64,000 nt of DNA from Candidatus Poribacteria bacterium (GTDB lineage: Bacteria > Poribacteria > WGA-4E > PCPOR2b): the NCBI GenBank assembly GCA_965215015.1, contig OZ244042.1:5408001-5472000 (forward strand), written 5' to 3'. The notes beneath the pieces were generated by a model that worked only from the letters and a program-made list of their open reading frames with translations, did not search any database and was not told where the DNA came from. Of the stretch, positions 51,285-61,513 are shown piece by piece (the stretch's first letter is position 1; every line of letters starts with the position of its first letter). The position numbers and the translations under genes are program-made.

Positions 51285-52735
51285 GAAAGTATCCATTGTA
51301 TTGGCTGATATGGGGTCTTGTCCTAATTCTTTTTATGGCTGCTACTGGGGAGGCGCAAAACAAGCCGCACGAAGGGCTTGTTTATCCACCTCTAAATCAA
51401 CCGCAGCCACCCGTCCCCGATAGGTTTGAATTAGATAATGGGATGATTGTTTATCTCCTAGAAGATCATGAACTGCCAATTATCGATATTTCCGTGCGGA
51501 TTCGCACCGGTTCAATCTACGAGCCTGTGCACAAAGTTGGTCTAGCATCGATCACAGGAGCAGTCATGCGAACAGGTGGCACCACAAGTAAAACCGGAGA
51601 TGAGCTTGATGAAATTCTGGAAAATTTAGCTGCGTCCGTTGAAACAGACATCGGTGATGATTCAGGCTCGGCGGCGATGTCAGTTTTGAAAGAGGACCTC
51701 GATACGGGACTATCTATCCTCGCCGATATTCTCATGAATCCTGCATTCCGGAAGGATAAAATCGAGTTAGAAAAAGTGCAACATCGCGGTGCCATCGCGC
51801 GGCGAAATGACGATCCGGGGGGTATCACGAGACGAGAGTTTAGTAAACTCATCTATGGAGCGGCCAGTCCTTATGCACGCACAACCGAGTATGATACGAT
51901 TAACAGTATCACCCGTGATGACCTTGTGGCTTTTTATCAGAAATCTTTCCGGCCGAACAACATCATTTTAGGTGTGCTTGGAGACTTCAATTCCGAAGTG
52001 ATGCTGGTAAAAATTCAGGAGGCCTTCAAGGAATGGCAACCGGCAGAGATTGACCTTCCTGAAAAACCTAAAATCCCCGAAATGTATGGGAAGAAAGTGG
52101 CACTAGTGAACAAGGATGACGTGAACCAAACGAATATCCGTATGGGACATATTGGCTGGTTGCGTAAGAATGAAGATTACCCCGCTCTGGTCGTGATGTC
52201 CCAGATTCTGGGGATTGGATTTTCCAGTCGATTGATAAACAGCATCCGAGTTGAAAAAGGGCTGGCATATTCTGTTGGAAACAATTACGGTGCGGGTTAT
52301 GATGTCCCCGGCGTTTTTTTTATTGCATGTGGGACCAAGTCGGAAGCCACCGTAAGGGCCATCGAAGCGATTTTGGTTGAAGTCAAAAGGATGCGAACCG
52401 AAGAGGTCACCGACGATGAGTTAAAGCAAGCAATCGATGGCTTCATGAATTCTTCTGTGTTTGACTATGATACCAAAGGAGAAATTCTGTCTCGAGCACT
52501 TCGGTATGAATACTATGAATATCCACAAGATTTTGTTGAGCAACTCATGGCAGGCATTCGGGAAGTTACGAAAGCAGATATCAAGCGCGTTGCCGCTGAA
52601 TACCTACATCCCGATAAATTTGCGCTCATCGCTGTTGGCAAAGCCAGCGATTTTGATAAACCTTTGAATACGCTCGGGGATGTCACAGAAATCGACATTA
52701 CCATCCCACCCCCCTCCCCCGAACCTGCTCCTTAA
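51281..52735 (+). CDS. M16 peptidase, non-catalytic subunit
   Basis: 'LDNGMIVYLLEDHELP' and 'IRVEKGLAYSV'; no HxxEH. Confidence 0.9.
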   Translation: MRKYPLYWLIWGLVLILFMAATGEAQNKPHEGLVYPPLNQPQPPVPDRFELDNGMIVYLLEDHELPIIDISVRIRTGSIYEPVHKVGLASITGAVMRTGGTTSKTGDELDEILENLAASVETDIGDDSGSAAMSVLKEDLDTGLSILADILMNPAFRKDKIELEKVQHRGAIARRNDDPGGITRREFSKLIYGAASPYARTTEYDTINSITRDDLVAFYQKSFRPNNIILGVLGDFNSEVMLVKIQEAFKEWQPAEIDLPEKPKIPEMYGKKVALVNKDDVNQTNIRMGHIGWLRKNEDYPALVVMSQILGIGFSSRLINSIRVEKGLAYSVGNNYGAGYDVPGVFFIACGTKSEATVRAIEAILVEVKRMRTEEVTDDELKQAIDGFMNSSVFDYDTKGEILSRALRYEYYEYPQDFVEQLMAGIREVTKADIKRVAAEYLHPDKFALIAVGKASDFDKPLNTLGDVTEIDITIPPPSPEPAP

Positions 52736-52765
52736 GCGGGTGAAGCGGAGATCGCAAAAGCACAG

Positions 52766-53416
52766 ATGATTCTCAACGATGTTGTCGAAGCATACGGCGG
52801 TCCTGATAAACTCAGGGGAGTAAAAAACATCGTTACCAGAGGGAAAATGGTTGTGAATACTCCCGGTGGAGTGATGGAGCTTCATGGAGAGGTAACAATG
52901 GTATTACCGGCCAAAGCGCGGGCCGATCTCAGTATGCCAGCAATGGGAATGCGAATGAGTCGAATTTATGATGGTCAATCTGCGTGGATGGTAACGCCGC
53001 AGGGGGTTCAAACCTTCCCTGCAGCTTTTGTTGAAGAAGGGAAAAAAGAAATTTTTCGAGACAGTATTCCCCTGCTGACCTATATCTCTCACGGAGAGAC
53101 CTCTGCTCAATACCTTGGTGCGGAAGACGTAAAAGGCAAAATGGCAGATGCCATACTGATCAGCAATACACCCGCCGGTTCCCTTAAACTCTTTATTGAC
53201 CAAGAAACAAAACATATTATTAAAAAAGAATATCAGGGGTTGACAGAGCAAGGACCCACCGAGCGGGAAGAGTTCTTGGATGACTATGGAGAGGTTTCCG
53301 GCGTGATGGTTGCCTTCCATACCGTTATGGTGGATAATGGTGAGCAATCTGTCGAGATCACACTCAGCGAAGTCATGCTCAACGCCGAGGTAGATGAATC
53401 GTTATTTGAGAAGTAG
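52766..53416 (+). CDS. LolA-like fold domain, probably the C-terminal part of the preceding gene
   Basis: 'VEAYGG' and 'N.EVDESLF'; in frame with the upstream gene across a single TAA. Confidence 0.65.
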   Translation: MILNDVVEAYGGPDKLRGVKNIVTRGKMVVNTPGGVMELHGEVTMVLPAKARADLSMPAMGMRMSRIYDGQSAWMVTPQGVQTFPAAFVEEGKKEIFRDSIPLLTYISHGETSAQYLGAEDVKGKMADAILISNTPAGSLKLFIDQETKHIIKKEYQGLTEQGPTEREEFLDDYGEVSGVMVAFHTVMVDNGEQSVEITLSEVMLNAEVDESLFEK

Positions 53417-53810
53417 TTCAGCAACGTCCGCCTCTGTCGTGCTGTCTCCTCTAAGAACCCTAAGTAGGCTCAATAAGCCAGGAATTGACGTACGACCCGC
53501 AGGGTGTTTAGCAGAGGGAGGACGCAAGCGGGGGGGGACGACATACGGCGTATGCCTACTACTGCTGACGTTATCATTATTCAAGTTGCTAGATAGCCGT
53601 AGGTCGAATTTCCATACCCGACATCTACTAGAAACAACTTATAGACGGAACACGAACCTGTAAGGGTTGGGGGGGTTTCCCAACCCACCGGGCGAGGGAA
53701 CCAAGCCCTTACGATTGGGTACTTATCGACGAATGACGGACACGACTCACATAAATGTCAACAGAACCTAGCTCCGTTGAAATGTTGAATAATCTAATGC
53801 GGACAATCGT

Positions 53811-54668
53811 ATGGGCAAGCAAAACATCACTGAATTTGATGGGTTAGACTTAGAACTGTTTTTTTGCACAGAAATCTTAAAGTTGCCCTCATTGCATTAT
53901 GGATATTGGGAACAAGGCGAAAAGTTAACAGCAGAAAGTAAAAAACTAACGCTTGCTTGTTTGCGAGACGCGCAGCAAAAATATACAGATATACTCATAG
54001 AAGCAATTCCTAATAATGTCAAAAGCATTCTAGATGTTGGATGTGGCATTGGAGATGTGTCGAGAGCATTCTCGAAATTGAAATACGATGTAACCGCAAT
54101 TTCGCCAGATAGTAATCATGCAAAATATTTTGAGAATCAGCCTTCAAAATTAACCTTCTTGCAAACAAAATTTGAAGATCTCAAGGTTAATAACAAATTC
54201 GATTTGATTCTCATGAGTGAATCGCAGAATTATTTCCCAATCGAAATCGGATTTCATCAATGTACTACGCTTTTATCACCTAAAGGATATCTGCTTGTTT
54301 CGGGGATGTTTCGGAAAGATAGCAGTAGTAAAATTGCAGAGGTTCCCAATACCATTGAAGATTATGTAAAAACCGCCGAAAAGCACGGACTGTTATTGAT
54401 AGAAAATGTTGACGTAACCCAAAACATACTTCCGACTATCGATTTTATATATGAATCAATGGAGAGTTATGTTGAGCCAAGTGTCAAAATGTTAAATCAA
54501 TTTATATCATCGATATCGCCTCTAAAAAGCGTGTTCATTAAATTCTTTTTTCGGAAGCAGATAAATAAGGCTCTGCAGATTTACAATTATTATAGAAAGA
54601 GAACCGATCCACTTTTTTTTAAGAAGAATATAGTTTACGCCCGACTCTTGTTTCAGTACAAGGTCTAG
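53811..54668 (+). CDS. Class I SAM-dependent methyltransferase (sterol/tocopherol-MT-like)
   Basis: 'LHYGYW' and 'ILDVGCGIG'; visibly AT-rich. Confidence 0.85.
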   Translation: MGKQNITEFDGLDLELFFCTEILKLPSLHYGYWEQGEKLTAESKKLTLACLRDAQQKYTDILIEAIPNNVKSILDVGCGIGDVSRAFSKLKYDVTAISPDSNHAKYFENQPSKLTFLQTKFEDLKVNNKFDLILMSESQNYFPIEIGFHQCTTLLSPKGYLLVSGMFRKDSSSKIAEVPNTIEDYVKTAEKHGLLLIENVDVTQNILPTIDFIYESMESYVEPSVKMLNQFISSISPLKSVFIKFFFRKQINKALQIYNYYRKRTDPLFFKKNIVYARLLFQYKV

Positions 54669-54871
54669 GCATGAAACATAAAAATTCGCTTAGTTTCCTC
54701 CGCACAACTTATCCCAATGGCTTTTGAACCTTCAATCCTCTCACCGCCGATGTGAAAAAGGATACCCGATTGATATACAACTAGCCCCAATCTATTGAGA
54801 GCTGCCAATTCGCATGATTAGCGATTAAATCTGTAAAGAGTATAGGGCAATACGCATCACGCTCACCTATC

Positions 54872-55648
54872 ATGAAACAAATTATACGTTCCATCAACAA
54901 CTGGTTAAAATTGCGGGTTCTCGAAGTACAGGAATTTGTGATTTTCATGGGGAACGCTGCAAAGGGCTTATACAAAAAACCTCGATATTGGCATGACTTT
55001 TTCGATCACATGGACATCATGGGAGTTGGTTCGATTCCGATTGTACTCATCGCAGGGGGTTGTGTTGGTGCCTTAATCACGTTAGAAACGCTAGCAGAAT
55101 TGCGTACCTTCGGGGCAAACGTGTTGTTAGGAAAATTGACAGGCCTTTCGATTATACGAGGTTCAGGGCCCGTATTCACTGCAATGATTGTTTCAACCCG
55201 CGTTTGTTCGTCCGCCGCGGCCGAATTGGGCACAATGCAAGTGAGCCAGCAGATTGATGCCTTAGTGACAATGGGAGTGGATCCCTTCCGGAAGCTGATT
55301 ACCCCACGCATTGCCGCTGGCACGCTCATGTTTCCGGCACTAGCAACCGTCAACGGTGTGGCTGCAATCCTTACAGGGGCTTTGGTAGCACAACTTTCCG
55401 GCACAATGAGTCTATCGTTTTTCCTGAATCAATCGCTGAGCAGCATCACCCCCGGCGATGTTCTCTGGGGCTTGACCAAATCAACGGTATTTGGTTTTAT
55501 TGTCCTCTCAATCGCTTGCTACTATGGGTTTCGTGTTCAAGGAGGCACCGCAGGGGTCCGAACCGGTGCATCTAAGGCAGCAGTCGCTTGTGTGCTTCTC
55601 ATTCTTATTTCTAATTCTATCATGACAACGCTCGTACATTCATTTTAG
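54872..55648 (+). CDS. mlaE: MlaE-family ABC permease
   Basis: 'AAAELGTMQVSQQIDALVTMGVDP...LITPRI'. Confidence 0.9.
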   Translation: MKQIIRSINNWLKLRVLEVQEFVIFMGNAAKGLYKKPRYWHDFFDHMDIMGVGSIPIVLIAGGCVGALITLETLAELRTFGANVLLGKLTGLSIIRGSGPVFTAMIVSTRVCSSAAAELGTMQVSQQIDALVTMGVDPFRKLITPRIAAGTLMFPALATVNGVAAILTGALVAQLSGTMSLSFFLNQSLSSITPGDVLWGLTKSTVFGFIVLSIACYYGFRVQGGTAGVRTGASKAAVACVLLILISNSIMTTLVHSF

Positions 55649-55709
55649 TGATGATTCATTACGCAACAGTTCAGCTCACATCTTCATTCGCCACAAAGCC
55701 TAATTTCCC

Positions 55710-56471
55710 ATGATTTCACTCAAAAATATTAACTTCTTCTCCAACGATGCACAACATATTCTCAAAAACATCACTTTTGACATTCCAACTGCCAAGGTGA
55801 CTGCTATTATTGGTACGAGTGGATCCGGAAAGACAACCCTCCTTCGCATCATAGCGGGTTTGTATGAACCAACAAATGGTGAAATCTGGATAAATGGACA
55901 AAACATAACAACGCTTCCGAAGACCAAGCAACAGCAGATTCGGAGTAAAATGGCAATCGTGTTTCAGCATGGGGCCCTCTTTGATTCTCTGACCGCTTGG
56001 GAAAACGTTGCGTTCCCGCTTTATGAACGTGGTGAGATGCCGCTTTCAAAGGTAAGGGAGGAGGCTGAGAAATTATTGGAGATGGTTGATTTGCACGGTG
56101 CGGCAGACCTCTCGATTGATCGATGCAGCGGTGGGATGCAGATGCGAATTGCCATAGCTCGGGCACTCGCCTCTTATCCGGAAATTATTCTTTACGATGA
56201 ACCCTCCAGTGGTTTGGATCCAATTGCACGAGGGCTAATCTGTAATCTCATCCAGAAGCAACAGGTCCAACAACACATGACCTCAGTACTTGTTACCCAT
56301 CAACTATCTACAGCGTTTCAAATTTCTAATCATTTCGTTTTTCTATATGAGGGAGAAATCATTTTTGAGGGAACTGCCGATGAATTGATGTCAGCAAAAG
56401 ACCCTTACATTCAACGCTTTATTCAACCGCCGAGCCGTTCCTATCAAACAGCTGAGCTTAGGCATTTTTAG
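55710..56471 (+). CDS. mlaF: MlaF-family ABC ATPase
   Basis: GTSGSGKT, 'FQHGALFDSLT', 'SGGMQMRIAIARA' and 'YDEPSSGLDP'. Confidence 0.9.
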   Translation: MISLKNINFFSNDAQHILKNITFDIPTAKVTAIIGTSGSGKTTLLRIIAGLYEPTNGEIWINGQNITTLPKTKQQQIRSKMAIVFQHGALFDSLTAWENVAFPLYERGEMPLSKVREEAEKLLEMVDLHGAADLSIDRCSGGMQMRIAIARALASYPEIILYDEPSSGLDPIARGLICNLIQKQQVQQHMTSVLVTHQLSTAFQISNHFVFLYEGEIIFEGTADELMSAKDPYIQRFIQPPSRSYQTAELRHF

Positions 56472-56660
56472 AAAATCTGTCGTTCAACAAATTATAAGAT
56501 TTTGACCCAAGTTGCTGGGGCGCGTTACTATTTGACAGCGTTCAGGTCGAAGCCTCTCGGAATCGTTGCGCCCGTTCTCACTCCCTCACCTGCTCACTTT
56601 CGTTCTTCACTCAGCGGGGGACAGGGGGCAACTTGCGTTATTTCAATGGAGGTAACATTT

Positions 56661-57986
56661 ATGCGATTACAGAGATCACAGGTCACATGGTCACAATTAC
56701 AAGTTGGAATTTTCTCATTGATTTGTAGTGGCATTCTACTGTGGCTTGCCCTTTTCGTTGGCAATGGTCTAAAGGCAGTTCAAAATCGGTTTACTGTACA
56801 AACTGTTATCGATTCCGCCTCCGGATTAAGATCGGGGGATGTGGTACGTTTAGCGGGAATTGAGGTTGGAACGGTTAAGGCTGTCGAGTTTGTTCGCCAA
56901 AATGGTGTAGAAAAAGTCCGAATACAGCTAAATCTGAATCAACAAGCCGCCCAGCGAGTCAAGAACGATTCAATCGTTCAGATAAAATCGGTCGGTTTTA
57001 CGCAGAGCCGATATATAGACATCTCACTAGGGACACCCCAAGGCACCCCCGTATCTGAGGGGACTACGCTGAAGGGAACCGTCCCAACAGAAATGTCCCT
57101 ACTGCTGAATCAGGCAATTGTGGTCAGCGAAAATATGAATAGTTCCTTGACCCGATTTGAAAGCCTTGTAAATCGACTGCAATCCGGTGAGGGCACCTTC
57201 GCAAAATTGCTGTCGGATGCAGCACTTTACGCGAATCTGGATCAGGCGACAACTCATGTCTCTAAACTCGTTGGAGAGTTAAACGAAGGGGACGGCCTAC
57301 TCCCCCAACTCCTCTCTAAGAAAGAAATTGCTGAGCATGTTACGCAAAGCACCGCTTGGGTCGCAAAGTGGGGCCAACAAGCAGTTCAAGGCGAAGGCAC
57401 ATTAGGAAAACTGAATACCGATCCCGCCCTCTTTAACCGGGCGGAACGCATCTTGGAAAGTCTCGAAAGTCTTGAAGCGCGTTTCAATCGACTCGATTCA
57501 CTAATTAGCTCAGCCGATACCCTCATCCAGAAAATCGAGAACGGCGAAGGAACGGCGGCCAGAATTATTAATCGTCCCGATCTGTATGACCAATCCGTTG
57601 CAACCTCCCAAAAAGTGGAACAGTTGATTGATCAGGCGCAATCGGGCAAAGGTACAGTTGGCAAACTCGTTTCGGATCCATCTTTGGCAGAATCTATTAC
57701 AACCTCCACCGAATCAATTGCCCAGCTCACCAAGAAACTAAATACGCCCGGAAATACACTGGACAAACTGACATCAGGAGCTGAACTATTTGATCACCTA
57801 AACGCAACAACGAAACAGTTAGAAGCCGTGCTTGTAAAAATTAATACTGGAGAAGGCTCACTGAGCAAACTTGCCAACGATAAGAAAACCGCTGAAGAGC
57901 TTTCAAAACTAATTCATAACCTCAATGTACTGGCTGCAGATATCGAAGCACATCCCAAGAGATATGTAGGCTTCAGTCTTTTTTAA
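56661..57986 (+). CDS. mlaD: MlaD/MCE-family protein with a long helical repeat extension
   Basis: MCE motif 'SGLRSGDVVRLAGIEVGTV'; repeated 'GEGT.GKL..D' units; GGAGG RBS. Confidence 0.88.
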   Translation: MRLQRSQVTWSQLQVGIFSLICSGILLWLALFVGNGLKAVQNRFTVQTVIDSASGLRSGDVVRLAGIEVGTVKAVEFVRQNGVEKVRIQLNLNQQAAQRVKNDSIVQIKSVGFTQSRYIDISLGTPQGTPVSEGTTLKGTVPTEMSLLLNQAIVVSENMNSSLTRFESLVNRLQSGEGTFAKLLSDAALYANLDQATTHVSKLVGELNEGDGLLPQLLSKKEIAEHVTQSTAWVAKWGQQAVQGEGTLGKLNTDPALFNRAERILESLESLEARFNRLDSLISSADTLIQKIENGEGTAARIINRPDLYDQSVATSQKVEQLIDQAQSGKGTVGKLVSDPSLAESITTSTESIAQLTKKLNTPGNTLDKLTSGAELFDHLNATTKQLEAVLVKINTGEGSLSKLANDKKTAEELSKLIHNLNVLAADIEAHPKRYVGFSLF

Positions 57987-58238
57987 GGCAGCTGGAGATA
58001 AACATTCTCAATTCTTATGTTGGCTCATGCAAAGAAATCATGCAACAGAAATCGGGTTTTTGCCGAAAATACAGTTTCTCTTTGCGTTTTGCACTCTCTT
58101 TTTTTCATAGCGTAGGTCGGGCTTCCTAGCCCGACTGCACAAATGAGCCAATGGTTTTCACGCATCACAGTTCACACTTTTTGCATTTCCTTTTAATACA
58201 AGCCTTTATGTTTAATACATAAGACATTAGGAGAACCA

Positions 58239-59444
58239 ATGGATGTATTTGAAAAATGCTATGATTTTAGCAATGCCATAAGCACACGGGGACAAGAGTA
58301 TAAAGCAGTGCGCGAGGCAGGAATCTATCCCTACTTCATTCCAATCGAATCCTCCGCAGATACAGAAGTCATAATCAATGGCGAGAAAAAGGTGATGATT
58401 GGGTCAAATAACTACCTCGGATTGACACATCACCCTAAAGTCCTCGAAGCCGCGGAGATGGCTGGGCGAAGATACGGTTCTGGTTGTACAGGTAGCCGGT
58501 TTCTGAACGGCACCCTCGATATTCATATCGCGCTTGAAGAAGCACTCGCCGAATTTGTTCACAAGGAAGCCACATTGGTGTTTAGCACCGGATTTCAAGT
58601 CAATCTTGGCGTTATTGATACCCTTGTGGGACGCAGGAACATTGCTCTTATTGATTCGTTAAGCCATGCGTGTGTCGTTGATGGCTGCCGCCTCTCTTGG
58701 GGCGAGATGATCCGGTTCCGCCACAACGACTTGGATGATCTGGATAACAAGTTGAAAAATACCCCGCCTGAGAGAGGGAAACTGATTGTCATTGAAGGGA
58801 TTTACAGTATGGAAGGTGATATCGGCGACCTTCCCGGCATCATAGAAGTGGCTCGAAAATATCAGTGCCGTTTGATGGTTGACGACGCACACGGCGTTGG
58901 TGTCCTGGGTCCAACCGGTGCCGGCACTGCTGAACATTTTGGAGTCGAAGATAATGTCGATTTAATTATGGGGACGTTCAGCAAATCTTTCGCGTGCATC
59001 GGTGGATTCATCGCTGCTGAAGCCGAGGTCATTGATTACTTAAAACACCATGCAAACACCTTCCTTTTCAGCGCAAGTATGCCGCCCTCGGCAGTCGCAA
59101 CAGTCCATGCTGCTTTGGAAATCATCAAGACTGAACCGGAACGGCGTAAACGACTTTGGGAAAATGCACGAAAAATGCAGGAAAGTCTCCGATTGATGGG
59201 GTATGACATTGGAGATACACAAACCCCTGTTGTTCCAGTGATTGTTGGCAATGATATGAATACCTTCATGTTATGGAAACACTTATTCGATGAAGGTGTT
59301 TTCACGAATCCCGTCGTCAGTCCGGCAGTGCCTCCCGGTGGTTCTCGCCTGCGCACCAGTTATATGGCAAGCCATACCGATGAACAACTTGACTTTGTCC
59401 TCGAAAAATTCGACAAAGCGGGTAGGAAATTGGGACTAATCTAA
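58239..59444 (+). CDS. spt: Serine palmitoyltransferase (alpha-oxoamine synthase family)
   Basis: 'GIYPYF', 'GSNNYLGL', 'VDDAHG' and 'GTFSKSF'; adjacent to a ceramide-synthase-like GNAT. Confidence 0.8.
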   Translation: MDVFEKCYDFSNAISTRGQEYKAVREAGIYPYFIPIESSADTEVIINGEKKVMIGSNNYLGLTHHPKVLEAAEMAGRRYGSGCTGSRFLNGTLDIHIALEEALAEFVHKEATLVFSTGFQVNLGVIDTLVGRRNIALIDSLSHACVVDGCRLSWGEMIRFRHNDLDDLDNKLKNTPPERGKLIVIEGIYSMEGDIGDLPGIIEVARKYQCRLMVDDAHGVGVLGPTGAGTAEHFGVEDNVDLIMGTFSKSFACIGGFIAAEAEVIDYLKHHANTFLFSASMPPSAVATVHAALEIIKTEPERRKRLWENARKMQESLRLMGYDIGDTQTPVVPVIVGNDMNTFMLWKHLFDEGVFTNPVVSPAVPPGGSRLRTSYMASHTDEQLDFVLEKFDKAGRKLGLI

Positions 59445-59484
59445 AGGTTGGGTTATTAAAAAAAACAGGTGAAATTTTCACGAA

Positions 59485-60624
59485 ATGCGTTCCAGTAGAC
59501 ACTCCCTTGAAATTAATGTTACCCCTGTCCAATCCCCTGCCGATCTAAAAGCGTTTATCAACCTACCCTGGGCAATCTATCATAACAATCCCCATTGGGT
59601 GCCCCCCCTACGCCGTGACCTCAAAACACGACTCGATAAGTCCCGGTATCCATTCTTTGACCATGCCGAAGCCGAATTTCTGATCGCCCGACGTGAAGGG
59701 CGTGTTGTGGGACGAATTGTCGCTATCAAAAATGATAACCATATCGCCTTCCACGAAGAACAGGTGGGGTTCTTTGGATTCTTTGAATCTGTCGAAGATA
59801 CGGAAGTCGCAGCAGCACTGTTTTCCTGTGCCGCCCAATGGTTGCGGGCCCACAAACTTGAAGTGATGCGCGGGCCCGTGAACTACTCGACAAATGACGA
59901 TTGTGGAGTGCTTATCGAGGGCTTTGATTCTTCTCCCATGATTATGATGCCCTACAATCCACCCTACTATCCTAATCTCATTGAAGGCTTCGGTTTTGAA
60001 AAAGCAAAGGATTTGCTCGCTTACGAGATAACCGATGATGTGCAGGTGCCTGAGCGTCTTGAGCGAACGGTAGAATGGATTAAAAAGCGCAAAAACATCA
60101 CAATACGTCCCCTCGTCAAAAAACAGATTCATCAGGAAATTCAGCGTATCAAGGAAATCTATAACGCTGCATGGGAGAAAAATTGGGGTTTTGTCCCCAT
60201 GACGGACAGGGAGATTGATCACATGGCACAGGAGCTCATCCAGATTATTGACCCCGATCTGCTGCTCTTCGCCGAAATTGAAGGGGACCCCGTTGCCTTT
60301 ATTCTTGCGTTACCCGATTTCTATGTTGCCCTAAAGTACACCAACGGCCGCCTGTTTCCGCTCGGACTCCTCAAACTTCTCTGGCATAGCCGTAAAATTG
60401 ACACAGCTCGGGTTCTAACGTTTGGAATCAAGGAAGAATACCGTCAACGGGGAATTGATGCCATGCTGTACTACGAAGTTTATAAAATTGGGGTTGCAAA
60501 AGGATATCGGCGAGGGGAAATGTCATGGATTCTGGAAGACAATACATTGATGAATCGTGCACTCGAAAACATGGGCGCAACACTTTATAAACGCTACCGC
60601 ATCTATGACTATCCACTGTCATAG
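59485..60624 (+). CDS. GNAT N-acyltransferase, bacterial ceramide synthase (bCerS/YghO)-like
   Basis: 'FINLPWAIY....WVPPL', 'GFFGFFES', 'MPYNPPYY', 'NWGFVP' and 'EMSWILEDN'. Confidence 0.78.
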   Translation: MRSSRHSLEINVTPVQSPADLKAFINLPWAIYHNNPHWVPPLRRDLKTRLDKSRYPFFDHAEAEFLIARREGRVVGRIVAIKNDNHIAFHEEQVGFFGFFESVEDTEVAAALFSCAAQWLRAHKLEVMRGPVNYSTNDDCGVLIEGFDSSPMIMMPYNPPYYPNLIEGFGFEKAKDLLAYEITDDVQVPERLERTVEWIKKRKNITIRPLVKKQIHQEIQRIKEIYNAAWEKNWGFVPMTDREIDHMAQELIQIIDPDLLLFAEIEGDPVAFILALPDFYVALKYTNGRLFPLGLLKLLWHSRKIDTARVLTFGIKEEYRQRGIDAMLYYEVYKIGVAKGYRRGEMSWILEDNTLMNRALENMGATLYKRYRIYDYPLS

Positions 60625-60898
60625 CAACGCAAGTTGCTAGTAGTAGACATACTCCGCCGTAACCTCCGTCCCATGAGCTCGTTGGTCCATTAGTTCAAAA
60701 GTTCATTAATTGTACCAATGAACCTACAAAACCCCAATGGGGCGGTATGTGTATCGCATATTTTATATAGTTGGAGGGAATTCCAATTCCCGACTTAGGT
60801 TATTATAATACGCTAAGTTACTGCTTGTTGCCCTTTTGGAGTGATTCACCGTTTGGACAAATAATTTATTGGGTGATAAAGCGAAAGGGTTATGTCAA

Positions 60899-61513
60899 AT
60901 GGCAGAATCTGAAGACGGGATGCCGCACGGCAGACGTGCATTCTTCCGAGAAGCATTTACAAGGATTGTTCAGCCGGTCGCTGAATACTTAGATATGCAG
61001 ATTGAGGCACGCCTCCCTGCCGAGGAGGTTCTGTTGCGACCGCCGGGCGCACTCCCGGAAACGGCGTTTTTGGAAACCTGCTTGCGGTGCGGAAACTGTG
61101 TCGATAGTTGCCCCGCAGACGCCATTCAGTCTTTACAAAGTGACCAACCCAATCTGGCTGGAACACCCTACATCGATCCGGACCTCCAGCCGTGCGTTGT
61201 CTGTGATTCGCTTGAATGTATGCAGGTGTGTCCAAGTGGAGCCTTGCAGAAACTGTCCGCCCATGAGATTCAGATCGGTTTAGCCGAAGTCAATTATGCT
61301 GTCTGTTTGCGTTCCAACGGAGTCGATTGCCGCAACTGTGTTGATGCCTGCCCTATCGGTGAAAGAGCAATTCGGATTGATGCCGAAAAACGAGTCAAAG
61401 TCCTTTCTGCTGGCTGTGTTGGTTGTGGCGTCTGCCAGCATCAATGCCCAACGACTCCCAAATCTATTGTTATCCAATCCATTCAGAAATATACAGAGGC
61501 GCAAAGGGATTAA
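60899..61513 (+). CDS. NapG/MauM-family 4Fe-4S ferredoxin
   Basis: 'LRPPGA', CLRCGNCVDSCP, further CxxC...CP clusters, N-terminal 'RRAFF'. Confidence 0.88.
   Translation: MAESEDGMPHGRRAFFREAFTRIVQPVAEYLDMQIEARLPAEEVLLRPPGALPETAFLETCLRCGNCVDSCPADAIQSLQSDQPNLAGTPYIDPDLQPCVVCDSLECMQVCPSGALQKLSAHEIQIGLAEVNYAVCLRSNGVDCRNCVDACPIGERAIRIDAEKRVKVLSAGCVGCGVCQHQCPTTPKSIVIQSIQKYTEAQRD

Noticed and set aside
58239-59444. BioF (8-amino-7-oxononanoate synthase) annotation
   Set aside because: No bio genes are nearby. The YPYF/GTFSKS motifs and the adjacent bCerS-like GNAT favour Spt, though this is not proven.
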